A stretch of DNA of 64,000 nucleotides from Myxococcota bacterium (GTDB lineage: Bacteria > Myxococcota_A > UBA9042 > PHBI01 > JAWLBL01): NCBI GenBank assembly GCA_041687695.1, contig JAWLBL010000009.1, positions 202,906-266,905 of the forward strand. Direction: 5' to 3'. Below are positions 42,248 through 50,484 of the stretch, one piece after another (position 1 is the stretch's first letter; the number at the start of each line of letters is the position of its first letter). Below the pieces are notes generated by a model. It did no database searches, was not told the origin of the DNA, and saw nothing but the letters and a program-made list of their open reading frames with translations. Both the position numbers and the translations under genes were made by a program.

Positions 42248-43000
42248 ATGGTGGCGCACCTTTGGGAGCCGTCCGCCTTGTTCGCCATGCTCGCCATCAG
42301 CCTGATCGCCCTGGTCGCCGGGCCGCTCCTGCTGGGCCTCGCGCGCCGCAGGCTGACGGTCGAGCAGGGCCTCGGCGCCCTGACCCTGGTGGCCATCACC
42401 GGCCTGCTGCTCGGCCACGTGGTCCCCGACAGCGTCGCGACCGCCGGCTGGCCCGCTGGCGTCGCGGCGGCCCTGGGCCTGGCCATCCCCATCGTCTTCG
42501 ACCACGCGCTGCACGCCTCCGAGCACCGCCGGACCCGCCAGCTCTTCCACCTGTTCGCCCTCGCCGGGCTGGCCGTCCACGCCCTGCTCGACGGCGCCGC
42601 CATCGCCATGGGCCACGGCGAAGCCGAGCACGAGGCCCGCATGCTGGCCATCGCCGTCCTGCTCCACCGCCTCCCGGTCGGCCTCGCCATCTGGTGGATC
42701 GTGCGCCCCTTGCGTGGCCCGCTGGCCGCCGCCGGCGTGCTGGCCATCGAGGGCGGCGCGACCATCGTCGGCGCCCTGGCCGCCGGCTCGCTGCTCGCCA
42801 ACGCCTCCGCGTCGTCGCTGGCCATCCTGCAGGCCTTCATGGCCGGCGTCCTGCTGCACGTCATCGTGCACCACCGCCCGCCGCTCGACGCGACCTCGTC
42901 GCCGCTGCGCGCCCGCATCGCCCTGGCCGTCGGGGCCGCCTGCGGCGCCGCGCTGGTCGTCGCCCTCAGCCTGGTCGCCCACGACGCCGCGCACGGCTGA
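42248..43000 (+). CDS. ZIP-like divalent metal permease
   Basis: Multiple TM helices with HALLDG, HRLPVG, AGVLLHV motifs and a His-containing loop. Confidence 0.7.
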   Translation: MVAHLWEPSALFAMLAISLIALVAGPLLLGLARRRLTVEQGLGALTLVAITGLLLGHVVPDSVATAGWPAGVAAALGLAIPIVFDHALHASEHRRTRQLFHLFALAGLAVHALLDGAAIAMGHGEAEHEARMLAIAVLLHRLPVGLAIWWIVRPLRGPLAAAGVLAIEGGATIVGALAAGSLLANASASSLAILQAFMAGVLLHVIVHHRPPLDATSSPLRARIALAVGAACGAALVVALSLVAHDAAHG

Positions 43001-43036
43001 CGGCACGCGGCCGACCGCGCGCCGCCGCGCCACCGG

Positions 43037-43279
43037 TCAGTCCAACCCCCGCTGCGCCAGGCGCACCAGCAGCACACCCGCCGCCGCCTCCATGGCCGTC
43101 GCCGCGAGCACCCGCCCGGGCGACCTCGTCAGCGCCGCGATGCCGCGCCGGTACCACTGCGGTCCCCCGCGCCACCGCCACACCCGGATGTGCGCGCGCG
43201 GCCCGATCGCCTCGGCCGCCGCGTCCCCGATCATGATCATGCCCAGCGTCGACAGCGCCTTGCGCCCACCGCTCGTCAT
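43037..43279 (-). CDS. Small hypothetical membrane protein
   Basis: 80-aa ORF, GGAGG RBS, two hydrophobic stretches. Confidence 0.55.
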   Translation of the reverse strand: MTSGGRKALSTLGMIMIGDAAAEAIGPRAHIRVWRWRGGPQWYRRGIAALTRSPGRVLAATAMEAAAGVLLVRLAQRGLD

Positions 43280-43349
43280 GGCGTCCTCCCGTGTCCCCGC
43301 CGATCCCTCCGATCGACCCTGGAACCGGTAACGACCGCCGCCGCGCGGG

Positions 43350-44852
43350 CTATCGCGTCTGCGCAGCCAACATCATGGTGTTCAGGATGTCGCTCGCCTC
43401 GCGGTAGGCGGCCGATCGCCGCAGCGCCCGCTCGCTCAGCGCGACGATGGCCTCGCTGCCGTCCTGGTACAGGACCAGCTCGATGGGGAAGTCGTCCTCG
43501 CGCGGCCGCAGCTTGGGCGCGTCGGGGAAGCCGGCCCGGATGAGGGCGTCGCACAGCAGATCCAGGACCGACATGTCGGTCCGCAGGTCCTCGCCCGTGC
43601 GCTCGTGGCGATTGATGATCTCGAGGCGCGCCTCGCCGTCACCCCACAGCGTCAGCTCCTGCCGCCCGCTGTCGGCCCACCGCGGGTCGCGCTCGTCGCC
43701 CACGCTGTAGGTGATGCTCAAGGTCGGCTCGACCCGCTGCAGCAGCCGCTGCCACGTCCCGGCCTCGTTGCTGCGCGTCTTGGGCGGCTTGGACGACGTC
43801 GAGCCGCGCACGATGCGCACGTGGAAGTTCCCGAACGAGATGAGGTCACGGTTGCGCAGGACGTGCTCGTCCTCGATGCGCTCGCCGTTGACCAGGGTCC
43901 CGCCCTCGGACTGCAGGTCCTTGACGATGAGGACGCCCTCGTCCCAGATGAGCTCGGCGTGGTCTTCCTCGACCCCGGCCCGGCGCGAGCGGATGTCGCA
44001 GTCCTTCGCGCGCCCGACGGCCAACAGGCGCGACTCGAGGCTCATGGTCACGGCGTGCTGCCGGCCGTCGTCGTCCGGGTAGAAGACGAGCCAGCTCGGC
44101 GGCGCCATGTCGTCTTCATCGATCCAGTCGTCGTCCCACCCGTCGTCCCACGCCTCGGCGGGCTCGGCCTTCGGCGCGACCACCTTCAGCTCGAACAGCC
44201 CGCAGGCCAGCACGTCGCCGTCCGACAGCTTCTCGCGCATGGTCCGCTTGCCGTTGACGAAGGTGCCGTTCGAGCTGTCGAGGTCCTCGACCAGCAGCAC
44301 CCCGCCCTGCACCGACAGCCGACAGTGGTTGCGCCCGACGGTCGGGTTGTTGGCGTGGATCTCGACCGTCGGCAGGCGCCCCACGACGGCGGACGCGCCG
44401 CCCTCGGTCAAGAAGTAGCGCGCCTCGCCCCCCGTCGCCGCCTCGTAGATCACCGCCCACGCCCCCGGCGGCGCCCCTCCCGCGGCCGCGTCGGGCGCGA
44501 TCGTCGCCTCGGCCGCCTCGAGCTGCCGGCTGCGTCGTCGCGACGGCAACGGGTCGGCGTTGCGCTCGCGGCCGAGCTTGATCTCGGTCTTGCCGATGTG
44601 GACCACGTCGCCCAGGCGGATGGCCGCCCGCTCGGCGCGCTGGCCGTTGACGTACGTGCCGCCCGAGCTGCCGAGGTCCGCGACCGTCACGTCCCCGTCG
44701 GCCCACACGAACTCGCAGTGCCGCCGGCTGACCGCCCGGTCGTCGAGCCGGACGTCGACGTCCGGATTGCGGCCGAACACGACCCGCGGCCGGTTCGGGC
44801 CGAGCTCCGCGGACAGCTCAGGTCCGCCCTCGCACTGATAGACGAGCTGCAC
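43350..44852 (-). CDS. Protein with three FHA domains
   Basis: GR..VSRRH..DLGSSGGTYVNG; GR..VGRNH..DLDSSNGTFVNG; GR..VEEDHA..DLQSEGGTLVNG. Confidence 0.9.
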   Translation of the reverse strand: MQLVYQCEGGPELSAELGPNRPRVVFGRNPDVDVRLDDRAVSRRHCEFVWADGDVTVADLGSSGGTYVNGQRAERAAIRLGDVVHIGKTEIKLGRERNADPLPSRRRSRQLEAAEATIAPDAAAGGAPPGAWAVIYEAATGGEARYFLTEGGASAVVGRLPTVEIHANNPTVGRNHCRLSVQGGVLLVEDLDSSNGTFVNGKRTMREKLSDGDVLACGLFELKVVAPKAEPAEAWDDGWDDDWIDEDDMAPPSWLVFYPDDDGRQHAVTMSLESRLLAVGRAKDCDIRSRRAGVEEDHAELIWDEGVLIVKDLQSEGGTLVNGERIEDEHVLRNRDLISFGNFHVRIVRGSTSSKPPKTRSNEAGTWQRLLQRVEPTLSITYSVGDERDPRWADSGRQELTLWGDGEARLEIINRHERTGEDLRTDMSVLDLLCDALIRAGFPDAPKLRPREDDFPIELVLYQDGSEAIVALSERALRRSAAYREASDILNTMMLAAQTR

Positions 44853-44950
44853 GCCAACGACCCCCTCGAGACGACAGGGAGTCTAGAACGTTGGCCGGTC
44901 GCGTCAACCAGCTATGGATGGCGGCCAGGGAGGGCAGCCGAGGACGGCGG

Positions 44951-45766
44951 TCAGTGAGCGCCCTCGACCAGCCGGACCAGCCGCCGCGCCAGGTCCGCCG
45001 AGGCGCCGACCGCGTGCGCGCCGCGCGCCCGCCCCTTCGGATCCTCGCCCTCCCACGGCCCGTCCGCGAACGCCACCGCGCCGCCCGCCTCGGTCGTCAG
45101 CAGGAACCCGATGGCCCGCCGCCGGTCCGGCGCCCCGTACTGCACCGACCCGCGCGCGCGCCCCACCGCCGGCGCCCCCGCGTCCACCGCCGAGCACCGC
45201 GAAGGCTCCGCCTCGAGCCCCAGCTCGCGCAACCCCGCCACCAGCGCCTCGCCCGGGTGCGGCGGCACCAGCGCCACCGCCGGCAGCTCACCCAGCGTGA
45301 CCCGCTCCGCCTCGCCTCCGTGCCGCTGCCGCCAGCACCCGCCCCCCAGCGTCGCCCAGTAGGTCACGCGCCACGCGGGGTACTCGATGACCGACGCCTG
45401 CAGCCGCCCGTCGGCGATCAGCGCCCCCATTACCGCGTAGTCGTGCGATCCCCGCAGGTAGTTCAGCGTCCCGTCGATGGGGTCCACCACGATGACCGGC
45501 CGGCCCCCGCCCTCGCCCGCGAAGCGCTGCACCGACTCGGTCTCCTCCTCCGCGTCCATCGCCGCGTCCGACCACGACTCGGCCAGCCGCAGCAGCAGCA
45601 CGTCCTGGCAGGCCAGGTCCGCCACCGACAGCGCCTCGGCCTCGGGGCTGCCGCCGTGCTTGACCTGGTGACGCACCTCGCCCTGCAGCCGCCGCGCCAC
45701 CGCCCCGGCCTGCCGCGCCGCCGCCCTGAAAACCTCCGTGAACCGCCGCGCCTCGTCGCCCATCAT
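44951..45766 (-). CDS. Inositol monophosphatase superfamily protein
   Basis: SVADL, AEEE, VVDPIDGTLNY, EAGG. Confidence 0.8.
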   Translation of the reverse strand: MMGDEARRFTEVFRAAARQAGAVARRLQGEVRHQVKHGGSPEAEALSVADLACQDVLLLRLAESWSDAAMDAEEETESVQRFAGEGGGRPVIVVDPIDGTLNYLRGSHDYAVMGALIADGRLQASVIEYPAWRVTYWATLGGGCWRQRHGGEAERVTLGELPAVALVPPHPGEALVAGLRELGLEAEPSRCSAVDAGAPAVGRARGSVQYGAPDRRRAIGFLLTTEAGGAVAFADGPWEGEDPKGRARGAHAVGASADLARRLVRLVEGAH

Positions 45767-45861
45767 CGCCTCCCCGGCACCCGCCACCCATAAGCGCCCC
45801 GCCCCCCGACGCAAGCGCCGCGAAGCCCAAACCCTGGTATACAACCCTTCGGAGGTCGCCC

Positions 45862-46485
45862 ATGCTCTTGCGCTCGCTCGCCCTCGCCGCCGCGCTCACC
45901 GCCGGCTGCGACAGCCCACCCGCGTCCACGGCCACGCCCGCGGCCGACGCCACCGTCCAGGACACCAAGTCGACGGACGCCGGCGGCGACGATCTCGACC
46001 CGGCCGGCGACGCGACCCAGGCGGAGGTCACCACGCCCCCGGAGGACCTGGCCATGACCGCCGCCGACTTCGACTGCATTCTCGAATGGGAGCACACGGG
46101 CTCCTATTACCTCACCAACCTGCTCGGCCACACGGACGAGGCCCTCGCGGTCGCCGCCTCGCCCGACGGCGGCACCTTCCCGGTGGGCACGGTCGTGCAG
46201 CTCGTCCCCTTCGAGGCCATGGTCAAGCGCGCCCCCGGCTTCAGCCCGCCGACCCGCGACTGGGAGTTCTTCTCCCTCGAGGTTACCGCCCAGGGCACCT
46301 CCATCCTGGCCCGCGGCACCCAGGACGTCGTCAACCAGTTCGACGGCAACTGCTTCTCCTGCCACGCCAAGGCCGCGCCCCAGTGGGACTTCATCTGCGG
46401 CACCGACCACGGCTGCGACCCCCTGCCGCTGACCCGCGAGCTCATCGAGACGCTGCAGCAGGCCGACGAGCGGTGCGCCCGATGA
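45862..46485 (+). CDS. Monoheme lipoprotein with cytochrome P460/c'-beta-like domain
   Basis: Lipobox LTAGC; FPVGT..., MVKR...DWEF, C-terminal CFSCH (46351..46365) followed by DF. Confidence 0.7.
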   Translation: MLLRSLALAAALTAGCDSPPASTATPAADATVQDTKSTDAGGDDLDPAGDATQAEVTTPPEDLAMTAADFDCILEWEHTGSYYLTNLLGHTDEALAVAASPDGGTFPVGTVVQLVPFEAMVKRAPGFSPPTRDWEFFSLEVTAQGTSILARGTQDVVNQFDGNCFSCHAKAAPQWDFICGTDHGCDPLPLTRELIETLQQADERCAR

Positions 46486-47528
46486 GCCGCCGCCTCACCC
46501 ACGCCCTGACCCTCGCCGCCGCCCTCGCCCTGACCGCCTGCGGGGCCGAGGCGCCGCCCTCCGACCCCGCCCGCGACGCCTCCGTCCACGACGACACCTC
46601 GGCCGAGGTCGCGGACGACACCAGCGACCCCGGCGACGCCTTCGCCGACCTCGACGCTCCCGACGCCACGCCGGACGCCGCCGCCAGCGACACCGCCGCC
46701 GACGCGCCCCCGCCCGACCTCGACGCCGACCCGGTCCCGGCCCCGCCCCTGGGCGGCGACCGCCCCGCCGCCGTCACCCTGCCCGCCCACTACGACCCCG
46801 CGCGCCCCTGGCCGCTGGTCGTGCTGCTGCACGGCTACTCGGCCAACGGCTTCCTGCAGGACGTCTACCTGGGCTTCAGCGCCCGCGCGACCGCCCACCA
46901 GTTCATCGCGGTCGTCCCCGAGGGCACCACCGCCCCCGACGGCAAGCAGTTCTGGAACGCCACCGCCGCCTGCTGCGACTTCTACGACTCGGACGTCGAC
47001 GACGTCGCCTACCTGCTGTCGCTCATCGACGAGGTGCGCGCGACCTACAACGTCGACCCCGCCCGCGTCGCCGTCCTCGGCCACTCCAACGGCGGCTTCA
47101 TGGCCTACGAGCTGGCCTGCCGCGCGCCCGCCGCCATCACCGCCATCGCCAGCATCGCGGGTGGCGACGCCAAGACCCCCGCTGTCTGCGAAGCGGGCCC
47201 CGCCGTCTCGGTCCTGCAGGTCCACGGCACCGCCGACACGACCGTGCCCTACACCGGCAGCGCCACCTTCCCCTCGGCCGAGACCTCGGTGCAGCACTGG
47301 GTCACCCGCAACGCCTGCGCCCCCACCCCGCTGGCCGAGCCGCCCCGCGACTACGACGACGGCGTCCCCGGCGCCGAGACCACGCCCCAGCGCTGGCCCG
47401 ACTGCCGCGACGCAGCGTCGGTCGCCCTGTGGACGATGCTCGACACGGGCCACATCCCGCCCTTCACCCCGGCCTTCATGGACGACGCCCTCGGCTGGCT
47501 GCTCACGCACGCGCGCCCTCAGCCCTGA
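46482..47528 (+). CDS. LpqC/PHB-depolymerase-family esterase lipoprotein
   Basis: Lipobox LTAC; PLVVLLHG, WNA..CC, DDVAYL, GHSNGG, HGTAD, GH; ATGA coupling. Confidence 0.88.
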   Translation: MSRRLTHALTLAAALALTACGAEAPPSDPARDASVHDDTSAEVADDTSDPGDAFADLDAPDATPDAAASDTAADAPPPDLDADPVPAPPLGGDRPAAVTLPAHYDPARPWPLVVLLHGYSANGFLQDVYLGFSARATAHQFIAVVPEGTTAPDGKQFWNATAACCDFYDSDVDDVAYLLSLIDEVRATYNVDPARVAVLGHSNGGFMAYELACRAPAAITAIASIAGGDAKTPAVCEAGPAVSVLQVHGTADTTVPYTGSATFPSAETSVQHWVTRNACAPTPLAEPPRDYDDGVPGAETTPQRWPDCRDAASVALWTMLDTGHIPPFTPAFMDDALGWLLTHARPQP

Positions 47529-48232
47529 GCCACGCCCTCGAGGCGCGCCCGCGCCTCCCGCAGCGCCCTCTTCGCCCGCCTGTCGCGCGTCGACGCCGCC
47601 AGCTCCTCCAGCAGCGCCGCCGTCCCGGGGTCCCGCTCCTCCAGCAGCCACCCCAGCATGCGCTCCCGCGCCCAGGCCAGCTCCCGCGCGACCAGCATCA
47701 GCCGGTAACACCGCGCCGCCGACACCCCCATCGCGCGCCGCGCCCGGTCCAGACGCTCCAGCAGCCCGTCCTCGGGCCCGCTCATCGCCTGATAGGCCAC
47801 GAACCGCTCCACCGCGTCCGGCTGGTCACCACGCAGCGCCACCCCCGCCAGGAACGCCTCCAGCCACTCGTACCGCGTCCCGTCCCGGCCGACCTCGACC
47901 GGCCCCACCGCCTCCAGGTACCCGAGCTGGTCGTGCCCCTGCGCGTACACCTCGAAGGCCAGCCCCCGCGCCGCCGGCGGCAGCGACCGGTCGCTGCTCA
48001 TCGTCAGCAGCCACAGCTCGTGCTCGGCCAGCCCCGTCACCGCCAGCGCCGCCATCATGCGCTCCACCAACCACGGCTCGGTCGGCCCGTCCATCAGCCG
48101 CTCTGCCAGCGCCCACATCGCCGAGTCCCCCGGCAGCCGCGACAGCGGCCGCGCCCAGACCTCCTCGGGCCCCGGATCGGCCAGCGCCGTCGCCACCACC
48201 ATCCTGGCCTTCTGCACGTCGCGCTTGCTCAT
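47519..48232 (-). CDS. Hypothetical helical protein
   Basis: ORF with GGAGGA RBS before MSKRDVQK. Confidence 0.6.
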   Translation of the reverse strand: MSKRDVQKARMVVATALADPGPEEVWARPLSRLPGDSAMWALAERLMDGPTEPWLVERMMAALAVTGLAEHELWLLTMSSDRSLPPAARGLAFEVYAQGHDQLGYLEAVGPVEVGRDGTRYEWLEAFLAGVALRGDQPDAVERFVAYQAMSGPEDGLLERLDRARRAMGVSAARCYRLMLVARELAWARERMLGWLLEERDPGTAALLEELAASTRDRRAKRALREARARLEGVAQG

Positions 48233-48464
48233 CGCTCGTCCTCCGTCCGCTGGTCCGCGCCGGGTCGTCATCCCGTCCGCGCCGGGCCGCTACAGCAAGT
48301 CCGATGCCACCTCCTCCCAGCGTCCGACGCGCCCGCATTCATCCCGCGAACCCGCCGCCTCGAGCCGCCCCCGGGGACTGTGAACCCCACCGCTGGGGAC
48401 TCGCGTGTCACCCGCCGTCAGGCCCCCATTGCCGGGCGCCACGGCTTCGGCGTACAACCCGGCC

Positions 48465-49631
48465 ATGTTGCACCTGCTTCGCCGCGCGGACGTCTACGAC
48501 CCGGCCCCCCGAGGCCTCCAGGACGTGCTCGTCGGCAACGGCCGCGTCGTCTGGATGGGCGCCGACCTGCCCGCCCTGCCCGACGCCCTCGACGTGCAAG
48601 AGGTCGACCTCGACGGACGCCGCCTGGTCCCCGGCTTCATCGACGGCCACGTCCACCTGACCGGCGGCGGCGGCGAGGCCGGCCCCCACACCCGCGTCCC
48701 CCGCCTCATGTTCGGCGACCTGACCCGCGCCGGCGTGACCACCGTGGTCGGCGTGCTGGGAACCGACGGCACCACCCGCACCGTGCGCGATCTCCTGGCG
48801 ACCACCTACGGCCTGCGCGCCGAGGGCCTGTCCGCCTACTGCTACACCGGCAGCTACGAGGTCCCCCCGGTCACCCTCACCGGCCGCGTCCGCGACGACC
48901 TGGTCTTCCTCGAGCCGGTCGTCGGCGTCGGCGAGGTCGCCATCAGCGACCACCGCTCGTCCCAGCCCACCCTCGCCGAGCTGGCGCGCCTCGCCGCCGA
49001 CGCCCACGTCTCGGGCCTGATGACCGGCAAGGCGGGCCTGCTCCACCTCCACTTGGGAGACGGCCCCCGCGGCCTGTCCCTCGTCCGCGAGCTGCTCGAC
49101 ACGACCGAGCTGCCCGCCCGCTGTTTCCACCCCACCCACGTCAACCGCAACCGCCGCCTCTTCGACGAGGCCAAGGCCCTCACCGCCCGCGGCGTCACCG
49201 TCGACGTCACGGCCTACGACGGCGCCGACGACGGCGTCGACGCCGCCACCGCCATCACCGAGCTGCTCGACGCCCAGGTCCCCCCTGACCGCGTCACCGT
49301 CAGCAGCGACGGCGGCGGCTGCATCCCCACCTTCGGACCCGATGGCCGCGTCTGCTCCATGGACGTCGGCCGCCCCTCCGCGCTCGGCTTCACCCTCCGG
49401 CAGCTCCTCGCCGCCGGCCAGCCGCTCGAGCGCGTCCTGCCCGTCTTCACCTCCTCCGTGGCCCAGCTCTTCCGCTGGCCGTCCAAAGGTCGCGTCGCCG
49501 TCGGGTGCGACGCCGACCTCGTCGCGCTCGACGCGCGCGGCGACATCCACGACGTCATGGCCCAGGGTCGCTGGGTGGTCCGCGAGGGCCGCTCGACCGT
49601 CCTGGGCACGTTCGAGAGGCACCCCCGTTGA
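48465..49631 (+). CDS. iadA: Isoaspartyl dipeptidase (beta-aspartyl peptidase)
   Basis: PGFIDGHVHLTGGGGEAG, GVLGTDG, TGSY, AISDHRSSQP, HLHLGDG, PTHVNRN, SSDG. Confidence 0.95.
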   Translation: MLHLLRRADVYDPAPRGLQDVLVGNGRVVWMGADLPALPDALDVQEVDLDGRRLVPGFIDGHVHLTGGGGEAGPHTRVPRLMFGDLTRAGVTTVVGVLGTDGTTRTVRDLLATTYGLRAEGLSAYCYTGSYEVPPVTLTGRVRDDLVFLEPVVGVGEVAISDHRSSQPTLAELARLAADAHVSGLMTGKAGLLHLHLGDGPRGLSLVRELLDTTELPARCFHPTHVNRNRRLFDEAKALTARGVTVDVTAYDGADDGVDAATAITELLDAQVPPDRVTVSSDGGGCIPTFGPDGRVCSMDVGRPSALGFTLRQLLAAGQPLERVLPVFTSSVAQLFRWPSKGRVAVGCDADLVALDARGDIHDVMAQGRWVVREGRSTVLGTFERHPR

Positions 49632-50476
49632 GTCCCCCCCGTGTACGCCCTGGCCACGACCGCGGTTTCATCATCCCGGTCGGCGGCGCCGAAGACAAGA
49701 CCACCTCCAGCCGCATCCTCAGCCGCTTCGTCGACCTGTGCGGCGGGCGCGACGCCCGCATCGCCATCATCCCCACCGCCTCGCGCCTCGACGACACCGG
49801 CACGCGCTACGAGGCCATCTTCACCGAGCTCGGCGTCGCCGAGGCCACCGCCCTGCCCTTCGAGCGCCGCACCGACAGCGTCGAGCGCCCCGAGTGGCTC
49901 CAGACCCTGGCCGACGCCGACGGCATCTTCATGACCGGCGGCAACCAGCTGCGCCTGTCGACCATCCTGGGCGGCACCGACGCCGCCCGCGCCATCCGCG
50001 CCGCCAACGCCCGCGGCACCCACGTCGCCGGCACCTCGGCCGGGGCCGGCTTCATCAGCGAGCACATGATCGCCTTCGGCAAAGAAGGTTCTTCGCCGCT
50101 CGCCGGCATGGTCACGCTGGCGCCGGGGTTGGGGCTGACCAATCGCGTGGTCATCGATCAACACTTCCGGCAGCGCGACCGACTGGGGCGCCTGTTGACG
50201 GCCATCAGCTACAACCCCTTCATGGTCGGCATCGGCCTCGACGAGGACACCGCGGCCTTCATCGGCCCCGACGAGTCGCTCGAGGTCGTCGGCTCGGGCG
50301 CCATCACCGTCGTCGACGGGTCGGCGCTCGAGCACAGCTCGATGGGCTACGTGGCGGAAGGCACGCCGGTGTGCCTGACCAACCTCAAGCTGCATCTCCT
50401 GGTGGACGGGGGCCGCTTCGACCTCCACCGCCGCATCGCCGCGCCGAGCGGCCACATACCTCCCGACACGGAGTAA
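49628..50476 (+). CDS. cphB: Cyanophycinase
   Basis: GGAEDK, IPTAS, TGGNQLRL, GTSAGA, IDQHFRQRDRLGRL, GLDEDT; TTG start overlapping iadA stop. Confidence 0.95.
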   Translation: MSPPRVRPGHDRGFIIPVGGAEDKTTSSRILSRFVDLCGGRDARIAIIPTASRLDDTGTRYEAIFTELGVAEATALPFERRTDSVERPEWLQTLADADGIFMTGGNQLRLSTILGGTDAARAIRAANARGTHVAGTSAGAGFISEHMIAFGKEGSSPLAGMVTLAPGLGLTNRVVIDQHFRQRDRLGRLLTAISYNPFMVGIGLDEDTAAFIGPDESLEVVGSGAITVVDGSALEHSSMGYVAEGTPVCLTNLKLHLLVDGGRFDLHRRIAAPSGHIPPDTE

Positions 50477-50484
50477 CCCCTTCC

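Noticed and set aside
49342..50484. N-terminal extension of CphA (1316-aa ORF)
   Set aside because: Overlaps iadA and cphB in other frames; CphA homology begins at MKVLETR (50485)
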